A DNA stretch of 64,000 bases from Candidatus Marinacidobacterales bacterium (GCA_965226495.1 OZ245365.1:480001-544000); one strand, 5' to 3'; positions 48,486 through 58,347 are shown, counted from the first letter of the stretch. Made by a program: numbers and translations. The notes: generated by a model from the letters alone, not told the origin.

Positions 48486-49549
48486 TGAGCGTGAAAGTAG
48501 GTATCATTTTCAAGTCGTACGAGCCGATGTCCGCCATCCAGGCGTATGCCCGGCAAACCGAGGAGTCGAACCTGAGTGGCGGATTTTGGATCGCGGAGGC
48601 CTACCACTGGTTTCGTAAGTACGGTCACGAGTCGCGCGGGTGTATGGCCACCTTGGCGGCAGCGGTTACCGCGACCAAGAAGATTCCCATCGGCCTCGGT
48701 ATCACCTCCCCATACGTCCGGCATCCGACCGCCCAGGCGTCCGAGGCGGTGGCTTTGGACGAGCTTTCGGGTGGACGGTTCACCATGGGTCTCGGTGCCG
48801 GTAAAGTCGGGATCGTTTATTTGGAGGTCGACCTCAAGAAGCAGTCGCCGGTCAAGGTTCATCGAGAGTCGATCGAGATCTTCCGTGGCATCGTGAAGGG
48901 CGAGAAGTTCACCTACAAAGGAGATCTCTATCAGGCCGATGTTCCGGCCATGGATCGGGCCGGCCGGGGGCTTCGGACGTACATCCCGGTTTACATCGGA
49001 GCGACCGGACCGTACTTGCAGCAGCTTGCTGGCAAGATCGCGGACGGCCTGCTCTTGCCCGGTTTGACCAATCCCGGATTCGTCAGCTACGCCAAAGACA
49101 ACCTCGCCAAGGGTTTCGAAAAAGCGGGCCGCAAAGCGGATCCGGACTATCCGGTGGGCGGCGTGATCCTGGCGGCTTGCTCGCGGGATGGCGCCAAGGC
49201 TCGTGATGCGGCGCGCAGCTACACCGGCACCTACATCATCAACAAGCTTCGGAATATCCAGAACGATGTCATTCTGAGCAGCTCTGGACTGCCGGATGAG
49301 ACCTGGAAACCGTTCCGAGCCGCCATCGAAGCCGGCACTGAGGACAACGTGACCTCGTTGGTGAGCGACGACGTGATGCGAAAGTTTACGGTGATCGCCG
49401 GGACACCCGACGACTGTCTGGAACTCTTGCAGCAACTCGTTGATGCGGGGCTCAATTTGCCGCTCATGGAAGTGGTGGGCGCTAGCCAAGAAGACAACTT
49501 GGAGACCATTCGTCTCTTAGGCGAAGAAGTGGTCCCCAAGCTCAAATAG
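48482..49549 (+). CDS. LLM-class flavin- or F420-dependent oxidoreductase
   Basis: FWIAE, SPYVRHP, LDELSGGRF.MGLG, YIGATGP, AGKIADG; overlaps the upstream gene. Confidence 0.88.
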   Translation: MMSVKVGIIFKSYEPMSAIQAYARQTEESNLSGGFWIAEAYHWFRKYGHESRGCMATLAAAVTATKKIPIGLGITSPYVRHPTAQASEAVALDELSGGRFTMGLGAGKVGIVYLEVDLKKQSPVKVHRESIEIFRGIVKGEKFTYKGDLYQADVPAMDRAGRGLRTYIPVYIGATGPYLQQLAGKIADGLLLPGLTNPGFVSYAKDNLAKGFEKAGRKADPDYPVGGVILAACSRDGAKARDAARSYTGTYIINKLRNIQNDVILSSSGLPDETWKPFRAAIEAGTEDNVTSLVSDDVMRKFTVIAGTPDDCLELLQQLVDAGLNLPLMEVVGASQEDNLETIRLLGEEVVPKLK

Positions 49550-49564
49550 GGGAGTGGACGTCAG

Positions 49565-50524
49565 ATGAAGTTAGCGACATTCAAGAAGAAGGGCGACGAC
49601 AAGCCGACCACCGGTGCTTTTCTGGAAGATCTCTATATCGATCTGCCCGCGTTGACAGACGGTGAGATCCCCTCGGCAATGTTGGATTTTCTCTGGGCAG
49701 GAGACGCGGCGATGCGTAAGGCGCGTTCGGCACTCGAGGGGCTGGGGGGAGAGCTCAAGAAGGGGAGTCCGGATGCGCTCACGACCTCGAGCGGCAAGCG
49801 GTACGCGTACCGTCCCGACGAGATCGAGCTCATGGCTCCGGTTCCGCGCCCCGGCAAGATCATCCACACCGCGTGTAATTTCCCCGCGCACCTCAAAGAG
49901 CTGACGACCTGGAGTGAGCCGGAATGGAAGTCTCACGATTGGAAGACCTTTAGCTTCGAGCACCCCACGGGTTTCCTGCAGGCTCCCTCCTCGGTCTCGG
50001 CCTCGGGAGCCAAAGTGCCGGTGCCACATTTCACGAAGCAGCTCGACTATGAAGTCGAAGTGGCTACCATCATCGGTAAGGAAGCGTTCCGGGTGAGTGT
50101 CGAAGACGCCCTCGACTACGTTGCCGGCTTCGCGGTTTTCAACGATCTGTCGGCGCGCGATATCCAGGCGCGCGAGCACTCTAACCGCGTGATTTATCTT
50201 GGCAAGAGCTTCAACGGATCGTGCCCGCTGGGTCCGCACCTCGTGACCAAGGACGAGATTTCTGATCCCGTGAACCTCAGCATGAAGTTATTCGTGAACG
50301 GCGAAGTGCGTCAGGATTCGAACACTTCGCAGATGCAGTACAAGTTTGCGGAGATGGTCTCCTGGTGGTCGAACACGACTCTCGAGCCTGGAGACGTGAT
50401 CACGAGCGGGAGCCCTCCGGGAGTTGCGGCCGGAATGGAGAGCCCACGTTGGCTGCAGCCTGGGGACGTCGTCGAGGGTGTGGTCGAGGGACTCGGCACG
50501 CTGACGAGCCATATCGTCAAGTAG
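49565..50524 (+). CDS. Fumarylacetoacetate hydrolase family protein
   Basis: LDYEVE, NDLSARD.Q, GKSF, PLGP, LEPGDVITSGSPPGV. Confidence 0.9.
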   Translation: MKLATFKKKGDDKPTTGAFLEDLYIDLPALTDGEIPSAMLDFLWAGDAAMRKARSALEGLGGELKKGSPDALTTSSGKRYAYRPDEIELMAPVPRPGKIIHTACNFPAHLKELTTWSEPEWKSHDWKTFSFEHPTGFLQAPSSVSASGAKVPVPHFTKQLDYEVEVATIIGKEAFRVSVEDALDYVAGFAVFNDLSARDIQAREHSNRVIYLGKSFNGSCPLGPHLVTKDEISDPVNLSMKLFVNGEVRQDSNTSQMQYKFAEMVSWWSNTTLEPGDVITSGSPPGVAAGMESPRWLQPGDVVEGVVEGLGTLTSHIVK

Positions 50525-50537
50525 GAAATTGGTGTTA

Positions 50538-50605
50538 AGCCGTGGGGCCCCACCCCCACGGCTCGGTTTCGTCGGCGCTACGCGCCGGGCTCCCTCCGGT
50601 CGCGC
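50538..50605. repeat. Hairpin element TGGGG-CCCCAC-CCCCA, copy 2
   Basis: agccgtgggg-ccccac-ccccacggct then ttcgtcggcg. Confidence 0.65.
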
Positions 50606-50907
50606 AGGCCGATCCGTTTTTCATCAGCCTGCTAGTCTTTGTCACGCGCTTCCCGGAATTGGGCGCGCACCCGTCCCGCGGCTACCGCCATCACAATCGA
50701 CTGCGCCGCACCGATCTCTTCATCGGTTAACCCCTCGTCTTTGGCGACGCCAAAGTAGTGCTTCATTCAGGGATAGCAGCCAAGAGCCAAGGCGGAGGCG
50801 AAATGAATGAGCACGGTCTCTTTCGGCGTTAAGAACTTGTTGCGCCTTGCCGAGCGATAGAACTGGTTGAAAGCGTTTTTCTGTTCTTCTGGCAGCATCC
50901 CTTCACC

Positions 50908-53331
50908 TCATTCGAATCTGAGCGCTTCCAGTGGATCGATGGAAGCCGCCCTACGTGCAGGAAAGAACATGGCCAGCAGGCTGACCCCCACCAAAATCAA
51001 CGAGACGAACGCGATGGTCCTCGGATCGAATGAGTCGACTTCGAATAGAAGCGGCGCTAGCATCGGGTTCGCGGCGACGGTGCAGCCGAGTCCGACGAGG
51101 AGACCGATGAAAGTCAGGCTCAAGCCGCGGAGGACGACCAACCGCGCGACGTCTCCCTTTCCTGCTCCGAGCGCCACGCGGATCCCAATCTCTTTCGTGC
51201 GCAGAGCCATCGTATAAGCAACGACGCCGTAGAGACCGGCGGCAGACAAGAGCACCGCCGCGGCGACGAGCGCGGTGAAGAGTCGAGCTAGGGCCCGCTC
51301 CTGCGCGACGTCCTCGGACAAGGCCTGCGCCACAGTCTCGATGGAGTAGAGTGCCTGACTGTTGTCGACGGCGGCCACGGCCGACCGTATTGCTGGCACT
51401 AGGCCGGCAGGATTTTTTTCGGTCCGCACGGCCAGACTGGTCGTTAAGGGTGGCCGCTGTCGGTAGGAGTAGTAGATGGACGGCCGGATCGGCTCGCGGG
51501 GTCCCGCCTGCCTGACGTCCGCCACCACGGCGATGATCTGAGCGGAGCCTTCCCGACCACGGACGCTCAGGAACTTGCCCACCGCATCCTCGGTTGGGAA
51601 ATGCTGAGCGGCGAGCGTCTCGTTGATGACGATGACGTCGGGCTCGTCGATTCGATCGTCGCTCGAAAAGTCTCGCCCCGCGAGGAGATCGATTCCCATC
51701 GTGTGGAAGTAGTCTGGGCCGATGGTCCGGACTTGGCAGATGTACTCTTGCCCGGTCAGCGGCGGTGGACGACCGTCGACGGTGAACTGCGCCGCCCAAT
51801 TGATGTAGCCGGTGGCCGGTAGCTCGTTGATCACCGCGGCGGACCGGACGCCCGGTAGCGCACGGAGCTCCTCGACAATTTGCTCCAGGTGTGTCACCAG
51901 CTCGACCTCCCCCGGAAACTTCTTCTCGGGCACCGTCAAACGGACCGCGAGCACGTTCTCCGCTCGAATGCCGCGATCGAGGTTTTGCAGCTTGCCGAAG
52001 CTTTGGATCAACACTCCGGCGGCGACCAGCAGTGAGAAGGCGAGCGCAACCTGAAAGACGACGAGTCCGGTACGTGCTGCCTGGGTCGCGCGACTGGGGC
52101 TGGTTCGGCCGCCGTCGTTGAGTGCAGGCGCCAAGCTGTGGCGGGCGGTGAGGAGAATCGCGGGAAGCGATCCCGAGAGCATCGCGGTAAGGATGGTTAG
52201 GAATCCTGTGAATGCGACGACCGAGTGGTCAAGTCTCACCGCGTCGGCGCGAGGCAGCTCCGGCGGAATGAGAGCGGTTACCAAGGAGATTCCCCAGAAG
52301 TGGCTAAGGGCGAGTGCAACGAGGCATCCGAGCGCCGCCAGGCTCGTCGCCTCGGCCAAGAATTGTCGGAGTATTTGTAGCCGACTCGCACCGAGGATCG
52401 ACCGGATGACGAGCTCTCTCTGCCGCACCGTCGCCTGAGTTAGAAAAAGGCTGGCCACGTTAGCGCATGAGATCAGGAGCAGACTGAGGACCGACGCGAA
52501 CGCGACCATCCAGGTACGAGCGAAGTGTTCTCCAAAGAGGCTCTCGTAAAGGGGAACGACGTGCGCTTCGAAATCTGTGTTCGAGTCCGGGTACTGGTCT
52601 TCGAGACGCAACGCTATCGCCGCCATCTCCGCGCGTGCCTCGGCAAGGGTGGCCTTGGGCTTTAGACGACCGACCGCCCGGAATCGTCGGATGCGTCGCG
52701 ACTGCGCCGCGAGATCGAGCTCGAGTGGTAGCCAGACATCGATCTCCGAAGAGGGAAAGGTGACACCGGGCGGCAGGACACCGATGACGGTGTAGGGCAC
52801 GTCATCCAAGAGCATCGCGCGACCGACGACGAGCCGGTCGGCGCCAAACTCCCGCTTCCATAGCCGATCGCTGAGGATGAGAACCGGTGGGGAGCTCGGA
52901 CCTTGCTCGTCGGGCGCAAAAGTACGACCGAGTGAGGGCTTGACGCCGAGGACATCGAAGAGATTCGCCGTCACACGCCGGCCGGGAATCCGCGCCGGTT
53001 CATCGTCCCCTCTCGAGTTGAACGTTTCGGTGGCGCCTCCGTAGGCGGCGATGTCCTCGAAGAGCCTGCTCTGCTCCCGATAGTCCAGGTACTCGGCGGT
53101 GGAGATGGCGAAGGTTGGGATGCCGCGGGTCGGGATGGAAGACTGGAGATGGATCAGGCGATCGGGATTTTCGTAGTTCAAGGGCTCCAGAACCAGCGCG
53201 TTGACGACGCTGAAGATGCAAGCGGTAGCCGCGATGCCGAGGGCGAGGATCGAGACCACGGTCAACGAGAAGACCGGACGTCTTCGCATGCCGCGCCACG
53301 CGTATCTAAAATCTCTCGAGAAAGTGTCCAT
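50908..53331 (-). CDS. ADOP-type duplicated MacB/FtsX ABC permease (no ATPase partner nearby)
   Basis: D.RYA.R, LALGI.A...IFSVVNA, LLISCANVASL, RQRELVIR..LGASR, RTKEIGIRVALGA, PARRAASIDP.EALR.E. Confidence 0.9.
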   Translation of the reverse strand: MDTFSRDFRYAWRGMRRRPVFSLTVVSILALGIAATACIFSVVNALVLEPLNYENPDRLIHLQSSIPTRGIPTFAISTAEYLDYREQSRLFEDIAAYGGATETFNSRGDDEPARIPGRRVTANLFDVLGVKPSLGRTFAPDEQGPSSPPVLILSDRLWKREFGADRLVVGRAMLLDDVPYTVIGVLPPGVTFPSSEIDVWLPLELDLAAQSRRIRRFRAVGRLKPKATLAEARAEMAAIALRLEDQYPDSNTDFEAHVVPLYESLFGEHFARTWMVAFASVLSLLLISCANVASLFLTQATVRQRELVIRSILGASRLQILRQFLAEATSLAALGCLVALALSHFWGISLVTALIPPELPRADAVRLDHSVVAFTGFLTILTAMLSGSLPAILLTARHSLAPALNDGGRTSPSRATQAARTGLVVFQVALAFSLLVAAGVLIQSFGKLQNLDRGIRAENVLAVRLTVPEKKFPGEVELVTHLEQIVEELRALPGVRSAAVINELPATGYINWAAQFTVDGRPPPLTGQEYICQVRTIGPDYFHTMGIDLLAGRDFSSDDRIDEPDVIVINETLAAQHFPTEDAVGKFLSVRGREGSAQIIAVVADVRQAGPREPIRPSIYYSYRQRPPLTTSLAVRTEKNPAGLVPAIRSAVAAVDNSQALYSIETVAQALSEDVAQERALARLFTALVAAAVLLSAAGLYGVVAYTMALRTKEIGIRVALGAGKGDVARLVVLRGLSLTFIGLLVGLGCTVAANPMLAPLLFEVDSFDPRTIAFVSLILVGVSLLAMFFPARRAASIDPLEALRFE

Positions 53332-53344
53332 GGGGTTTCTTTTT

Positions 53345-53360
53345 ATCGTGGTTTTACGAT
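53345..53360. promoter_or_regulatory. Putative ArsR operator 2 (ATCGT-N6-ACGAT) upstream of the permease
   Basis: ATCGTGGTTTTACGAT, 13 bp upstream of the permease ATG. Confidence 0.65.
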
Positions 53361-53379
53361 TATGAAAGACAAAAAAACT

Positions 53380-53724
53380 CTAGAAAACGTCCTCCACTTT
53401 CTTCCGGAACCAGGCGATGCGATCCGAGTGCAGGCAGTAATTCGTCGCCGGTCCGTCGATGGTGCCTTGGATCCACCCGGCATCCCTCAAGACCTTCAAG
53501 TGCTGAGATACCGTTGATTGGGCGAGCCCGACCTCGTCGACGATGTCACCGGTGATGCATCCGGGGTGGGTTAGAAGGAACTTCATGATCCCGAACCGCA
53601 CCGGATTGCCGAGCGCCTTGAACATCGCGACGAGATCATCCTGCTGGCTCCCGCGGATATCGAGCGTGCAGCATTGACTTGGAACGATCGGTTTTTTGCG
53701 TGCTTTCTGGCCACGATTAATCAT
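53380..53724 (-). CDS. ArsR/SmtB-family transcriptional regulator
   Basis: FKALGNPVR, GCITGDIV, LAQSTVSQHLKVL, NYCL; N-terminal CC pair. Start ATG 53724. Confidence 0.88.
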   Translation of the reverse strand: MINRGQKARKKPIVPSQCCTLDIRGSQQDDLVAMFKALGNPVRFGIMKFLLTHPGCITGDIVDEVGLAQSTVSQHLKVLRDAGWIQGTIDGPATNYCLHSDRIAWFRKKVEDVF

Positions 53725-53762
53725 CGTAATACTACGATATAGAAATGTGTTTCTGGAGTCAA
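53723..53762 (-). promoter_or_regulatory. arsR promoter and operator 1
   Basis: Minus strand TTGACT-17 bp-TATCGT; the -10 overlaps the palindrome ATCGTAATACTACGAT (53723-53738). Confidence 0.65.
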
Positions 53763-53801
53763 GTCGTGAGTTCCAAGGCTTGAAGGAGAGAGGGCGGTGC
53801 T

Positions 53802-55130
53802 CTAGGCGCGGACGCGAATGCGGTCTTCCTTCTCGCTTAGATCGGCTTTTCCTAGCTGACCCTCGGATGCCGCAACGATGGTGGCGACCAAACAATCTCC
53901 GGTGACGTTGGTGGCGGTGCGGAGCATATCTAGGATCCGATCGATGCCGAGAATCAATGCGATGCCGGCGATCGGCACGCCAATAGCCTCGAGGATGATC
54001 ACCAACATGATGATCCCCGCTCCCGGGACGGCAGCGGTTCCGATGGAGGCGAGCACCGCGGTCAGCACGATCGTCAGTTGTTGGCCGATGTCGAGTCCCA
54101 TCCCCAGTGTTTGAGCGATGAACACCGCTGCCACCGCCTGGTAGAGCGCGGTCCCATCCATATTGATCGTCGCTCCGAGCGGTATGACGAACGAGGAGAC
54201 TTCTTCCGAGATCCCGAGCTTCTCCTCGCAGCGTTCCATCGTGACCGGTATCGTCGCCCCGCTCGAGCTCGTGGAAAAGGCGACGAGCTGGGCCGGTGCG
54301 ATGCCGGCGAAAAACGTGCGGATCTTCATGGGAGTGAAAAGCCTCAAAAGGGCAGCGTAGGTGACGCCCATTTGGATGGCGAGACCGGCGATCACTGTAA
54401 ATCCGTAGAAACCGAGGGCACCCAGGAGCTCGACGACGCCGCTCAAGTTGTCGCCTGCGACGCTCGTAATCGTGCTCGCGATCAAAGAAAAGACTCCGAG
54501 CGGAGCGATCAACATGATGAGGTCGACGAGGCGTATGATGACCGCGCTCAAGCCTTCGAAGACGGCTAGCAAGGGTTTCGCGGTTTTCGACGGTACTTGG
54601 ATAAGCCCGACGCCGAGAAAAAGCGACACGAAAACGACCTGGAGCATGTTGCGGTTGCTGGACGCCGCGCCGAAGAAATTTGCCGGCACCATGTCGACGA
54701 AGATCTGGAGAGGGCCTCTTTGCTTGGCTTCGTCCGCCGCTGCCTCGCCTGCCGAAACGTCCGCGGCAAACGCACCTTGAAGCTGCGCTTGCACCTCCGC
54801 CGGCACTCGATCGCCCGGTCGGAGGGTGTTGACGATCAGAAGACCGATGGTCACCGAGATTGCGGTCGTCGCCACATAGATGAAGATGGTCTTGCCGCCA
54901 ATTCGGGAGAGCTTTTTGAGATCGCTCAGCGAGGCCACGCCGGTGACCAGGGATGCGATGACCAGCGGGACGGCGATGAGCTGGAGGCTATTAATGAAGA
55001 TGGTACCGAACGGCTGGATCCAGTCCGCGGTGAACTCGGACCAACCGGCTGCCGCAGCGACGATACCGTAGACGACTCCCGACAGGAGACCAACGATTAT
55101 TTGCCAGTGGAGCTTTCGGTACCAGGCCAT
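53802..55130 (-). CDS. Dicarboxylate/amino acid:cation symporter (DAACS)
   Basis: AFSTSSSGAT, PLGATINMDGTALY, ASIGTAAVPG, DRILDMLRT.TNVTGD. Start MAWYRKLHW at 55130. Confidence 0.92.
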   Translation of the reverse strand: MAWYRKLHWQIIVGLLSGVVYGIVAAAAGWSEFTADWIQPFGTIFINSLQLIAVPLVIASLVTGVASLSDLKKLSRIGGKTIFIYVATTAISVTIGLLIVNTLRPGDRVPAEVQAQLQGAFAADVSAGEAAADEAKQRGPLQIFVDMVPANFFGAASSNRNMLQVVFVSLFLGVGLIQVPSKTAKPLLAVFEGLSAVIIRLVDLIMLIAPLGVFSLIASTITSVAGDNLSGVVELLGALGFYGFTVIAGLAIQMGVTYAALLRLFTPMKIRTFFAGIAPAQLVAFSTSSSGATIPVTMERCEEKLGISEEVSSFVIPLGATINMDGTALYQAVAAVFIAQTLGMGLDIGQQLTIVLTAVLASIGTAAVPGAGIIMLVIILEAIGVPIAGIALILGIDRILDMLRTATNVTGDCLVATIVAASEGQLGKADLSEKEDRIRVRA

Positions 55131-55256
55131 GCCAGTGAGGGGCAGTTTAAGGGGCCGGATCCGAAAATGCCACCGGTGTCTGTGCATGCAGACTTTCCCT
55201 GGGTAGCTCGGGTGTGTTATTTTCGGCGTTCGGTTTTCATATATGGCGTAGAAGAA

Positions 55257-56234
55257 ATGGAAGACATCAAAAGGGTATGCATCGTCGGGGCCGGGGCCAT
55301 CGGCAGCCTCTTCGCCGGGCATCTCGCCTCTATTGTCGAGGTAACCGTCCTTGCGCGGCGAAAGTCCCATGCCGAGGCGCTGAGGTCCGAAGGGCTCCGT
55401 ATTAGTGGAAAGAGCGAGCTCAAGGCCAAGGTGAAGGCCTCGACCGATCCGGCGGAGCTCGGTGATCCGGACCTCGTCATCCTTGCTGCCAAAGCGGCCG
55501 GTGTCGAGGATTGCGCGAAACAAGTGTCGGGGCATTTCCCGCATGCCATCGTCATGACGGTGCAAAACGGCCTGGGATTCGAAGACCTCGTAGCCGCCAA
55601 TGGCGACTGGCCGATCCTGTCCTCGGTGACTTTCATGAGCGGGACTCGTCACTCCGATATCCACGTGGAGTACGAGCTCGATACGGCCACCTGGACCGGA
55701 CCCTGGGCTCAGGGTAGCGCGACGTACGAGCAAGCGAAGCAGGTTGCTTCGCTGATCAACGAGTCCGGACTCATTGCCGAAGCGTTTCCGGATCTTCTTC
55801 CAGCCCAATGGTCGAAACTGGTCTTCAACTCGGTGGTCAACAGCATTTCTGCGTTGACGGATCTAGGACATGTGAAACCGTTCGCGGTGCGTGACAAGCC
55901 TGCCGACTTGGGACATCTCGTATTTGCGATGATGAACGAAGGCAAAGAGGTCGCCAAGGCGAGCGGCGTGACTCTATTCGAGGATCCCTGGGAGATGAAC
56001 GTCCAGGCGGTCGGACAGGGACAAACCGGGGGAGACGATTACGCACATGTGCCCTCGATGCTCAGCGACGTACGCGCCCGTCGCAATACCGAGATCGATT
56101 GGATCACCGGGGCGATCGTACGGGCAGGCAACAAGGCGGGAGTTCCGGTGCCGATCCACGAGACATTGTACCGGCTCGTGAAGGCGCTGGAGATGGGCTG
56201 GGCCTCGCCGAAGCTAACCGGTCGTCAGGATTAA
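55257..56234 (+). CDS. Ketopantoate reductase-family (PanE/ApbA) protein, paralog A
   Basis: GAGAIG, VQNGLG, QWSKLVFN, PSMLSD...RNTEID. Confidence 0.85.
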   Translation: MEDIKRVCIVGAGAIGSLFAGHLASIVEVTVLARRKSHAEALRSEGLRISGKSELKAKVKASTDPAELGDPDLVILAAKAAGVEDCAKQVSGHFPHAIVMTVQNGLGFEDLVAANGDWPILSSVTFMSGTRHSDIHVEYELDTATWTGPWAQGSATYEQAKQVASLINESGLIAEAFPDLLPAQWSKLVFNSVVNSISALTDLGHVKPFAVRDKPADLGHLVFAMMNEGKEVAKASGVTLFEDPWEMNVQAVGQGQTGGDDYAHVPSMLSDVRARRNTEIDWITGAIVRAGNKAGVPVPIHETLYRLVKALEMGWASPKLTGRQD

Positions 56235-56248
56235 CGAGGGAGAAGGTA

Positions 56249-57181
56249 ATGAAAGTATGTGTCGTTGGATGTGGCGCGGTGGGAAGTCTATTCGCCGCTC
56301 ATCTGGCACGGCTCGACGACGTCGAGGTGTGGGCCTATGACTTGGACGAACGCCATTGCAGCGCGATCAATTCCGGAGGCTTGCGCTTGTCCGGTCTCGC
56401 CGATTTCACTTCGAAGCTCCAAGCGAGTAGCGATGCCTCCAAGATACCCGCGTGTGATTACGGCATCGTCGCCACCAAGTCGTACCATACGCGAACCGCA
56501 ATCGAGGCGACCGCCAGCATCTTCAAGGACGGTGCGGTCGCTTCGGTTCAAAACGGCGTCGGCAGCGAAGAGATCATCGCCGAGTACGTGCCGCGGGTCA
56601 TTCGAGGGACGACATTCCCGGCCGGTCACATCCTAGAGCCGGGGCACATCCAGCAAGATGCGGTCGGTCAGACCTGGATCGGTCCTTTCGAGCCGAAACC
56701 GGCCACCATGGATGAGGTGGAGCTCCTCGCAGAAGCGCTCACGCGCTCCGGCATGGAAACGCTGGCGATGAAGGATGCCCGGGGCGCGCAATGGACCAAA
56801 CTGGTCTTCAATGCGTCGACCAATCCGATCGGCGCGCTAACGCAACTGACCCACGGTCAAGTCTGCGACCAGAAAGACGTGCGCGCCCTCGTGACCGGAC
56901 TGGTCAAGGAGGCGGTGGCGGTTGCGGACAAGCTAGGCATTACCTTGGACAGCGATCCGGAAAAGCTGATCGATCATGCGCGCGAGGTCGCCTACGATCA
57001 CAAGGCGAGCATGTTGCAGGACGTGCTCGGACGACGCAAGACCGAGATCGAAGCCTTGAACGGCGGGATCGTCGAGTTTGGACGCGAGACCGGTGTGCCG
57101 ACCCCACTCAACGAAGCGATAAGGGCACTCATTCTGGGGCTCGAGGAAGCATGGACACGCGACAAAGGAGAGACTAAATGA
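56249..57181 (+). CDS. Ketopantoate reductase-family protein, paralog B
   Basis: GCGAVG, VQNGVG, QWTKLVFN, SMLQD...RKTEIEALNG. Confidence 0.88.
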   Translation: MKVCVVGCGAVGSLFAAHLARLDDVEVWAYDLDERHCSAINSGGLRLSGLADFTSKLQASSDASKIPACDYGIVATKSYHTRTAIEATASIFKDGAVASVQNGVGSEEIIAEYVPRVIRGTTFPAGHILEPGHIQQDAVGQTWIGPFEPKPATMDEVELLAEALTRSGMETLAMKDARGAQWTKLVFNASTNPIGALTQLTHGQVCDQKDVRALVTGLVKEAVAVADKLGITLDSDPEKLIDHAREVAYDHKASMLQDVLGRRKTEIEALNGGIVEFGRETGVPTPLNEAIRALILGLEEAWTRDKGETK

Positions 57182-58335
57182 CCGACAGGAGCAACCCGTT
57201 TCGGCCGAGCCAGGCAGAGATCGATCGCCGCTACAAGAATGTCCGCGCGGCGATGAAGGCCGCCGACCTCGAAGCCCTGATCGTGAGCGGGAGTGAGTAC
57301 ACCGGTTTCGAAGGCGCCGTTCAATATATGTGCGGTTTCCACATTCTCCATCGATACGCGTATGTGCTGGTGCCCATTGAAGGCGAGCCCATTTGTGTGT
57401 TTCCCCGGGAAGCCACCTGGGTGGGGGATCACTCCAAAACGTTCCTGGACAACCGGGAGTTTCCAGCCATCTGCGGGCAATGGATGGCGGACCACCTGAA
57501 GGGAAAAGGCATCAAGCGCGTGGGCGTCTTCGGCTACAACTTCATCATGAACGTTCGCGACTACCGCGCGCTGGTCGACACCGGACTCGAGGTCGTCGAC
57601 TTCGACGAGCCTTTCGATCTCGCCCGGGCGCAGAAGAGCGAGGAGGAGCTCAAATCCGTGCGCAACTCGATGGATATCAACAAGGGCGCGGTCCTGGCCG
57701 TCATCAAGGCCTACCAGCCTGGCAAGAGCGAGGCCGAGCTGATGGCGGTGGCCGAGCATGCCTTCGCGCAACGAGGGACGGCGCGATCGACCATGAACAT
57801 GGTTCTTACCGGCCCCAACGGGTCGATCCATCCGCAGATGGTCTTTGCCGACCCGCAACGCAAAGTTCAGGATAGCGATGGCCTCCTCTATGGTCTGGAG
57901 GGGGCGGGTCAGGGCGGTCACTGGGTCGAGTTTTCTCGTGTGATCGCGCCGAAGGGGCTCGACGACATGACCAAGCGTTTGCTGGAAGCCTATCAGGAGT
58001 ACGATGAGCTCCTGTTGACACACCTCAAGGAGGGCGCAACCGCCGAGCACGTTCACACCGAAACCGTGAAACCCTTTACAAAGCTCGGCCTGCGCTTTGG
58101 GCATGTCTCGGGACATTCGATCGGGATGACGATGATCGAAGCGCCCCGCATTGGCGAGGGGTCGGAATTCCCTCTACCGGAGAACATGGTTGTCTCGATG
58201 CATCCGCACGTCATGACCGAAGATCGCAAGCATTGTTTTTATATGCAGGATACCTACCGCGTCGGGAAGGACAAGGGGGAGCGTCTGTCGTGCGTGCCGA
58301 TGCGGTTTTATGACGGAACGGAATCGGAACTCTAG
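57178..58335 (+). CDS. M24/creatinase-fold protein (atypical metal site)
   Basis: Creatinase-like N-terminus, RAQKSEEEL, GHSIG, ENMVVSMHP. Confidence 0.8.
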   Translation: MTDRSNPFRPSQAEIDRRYKNVRAAMKAADLEALIVSGSEYTGFEGAVQYMCGFHILHRYAYVLVPIEGEPICVFPREATWVGDHSKTFLDNREFPAICGQWMADHLKGKGIKRVGVFGYNFIMNVRDYRALVDTGLEVVDFDEPFDLARAQKSEEELKSVRNSMDINKGAVLAVIKAYQPGKSEAELMAVAEHAFAQRGTARSTMNMVLTGPNGSIHPQMVFADPQRKVQDSDGLLYGLEGAGQGGHWVEFSRVIAPKGLDDMTKRLLEAYQEYDELLLTHLKEGATAEHVHTETVKPFTKLGLRFGHVSGHSIGMTMIEAPRIGEGSEFPLPENMVVSMHPHVMTEDRKHCFYMQDTYRVGKDKGERLSCVPMRFYDGTESEL

Positions 58336-58347
58336 GGGGAGGTCTCC

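Noticed and set aside
55257-57181. Naming the genes panE for pantothenate synthesis
   Set aside because: Duplicated, with no panB/panC/panD context; family-level call only.
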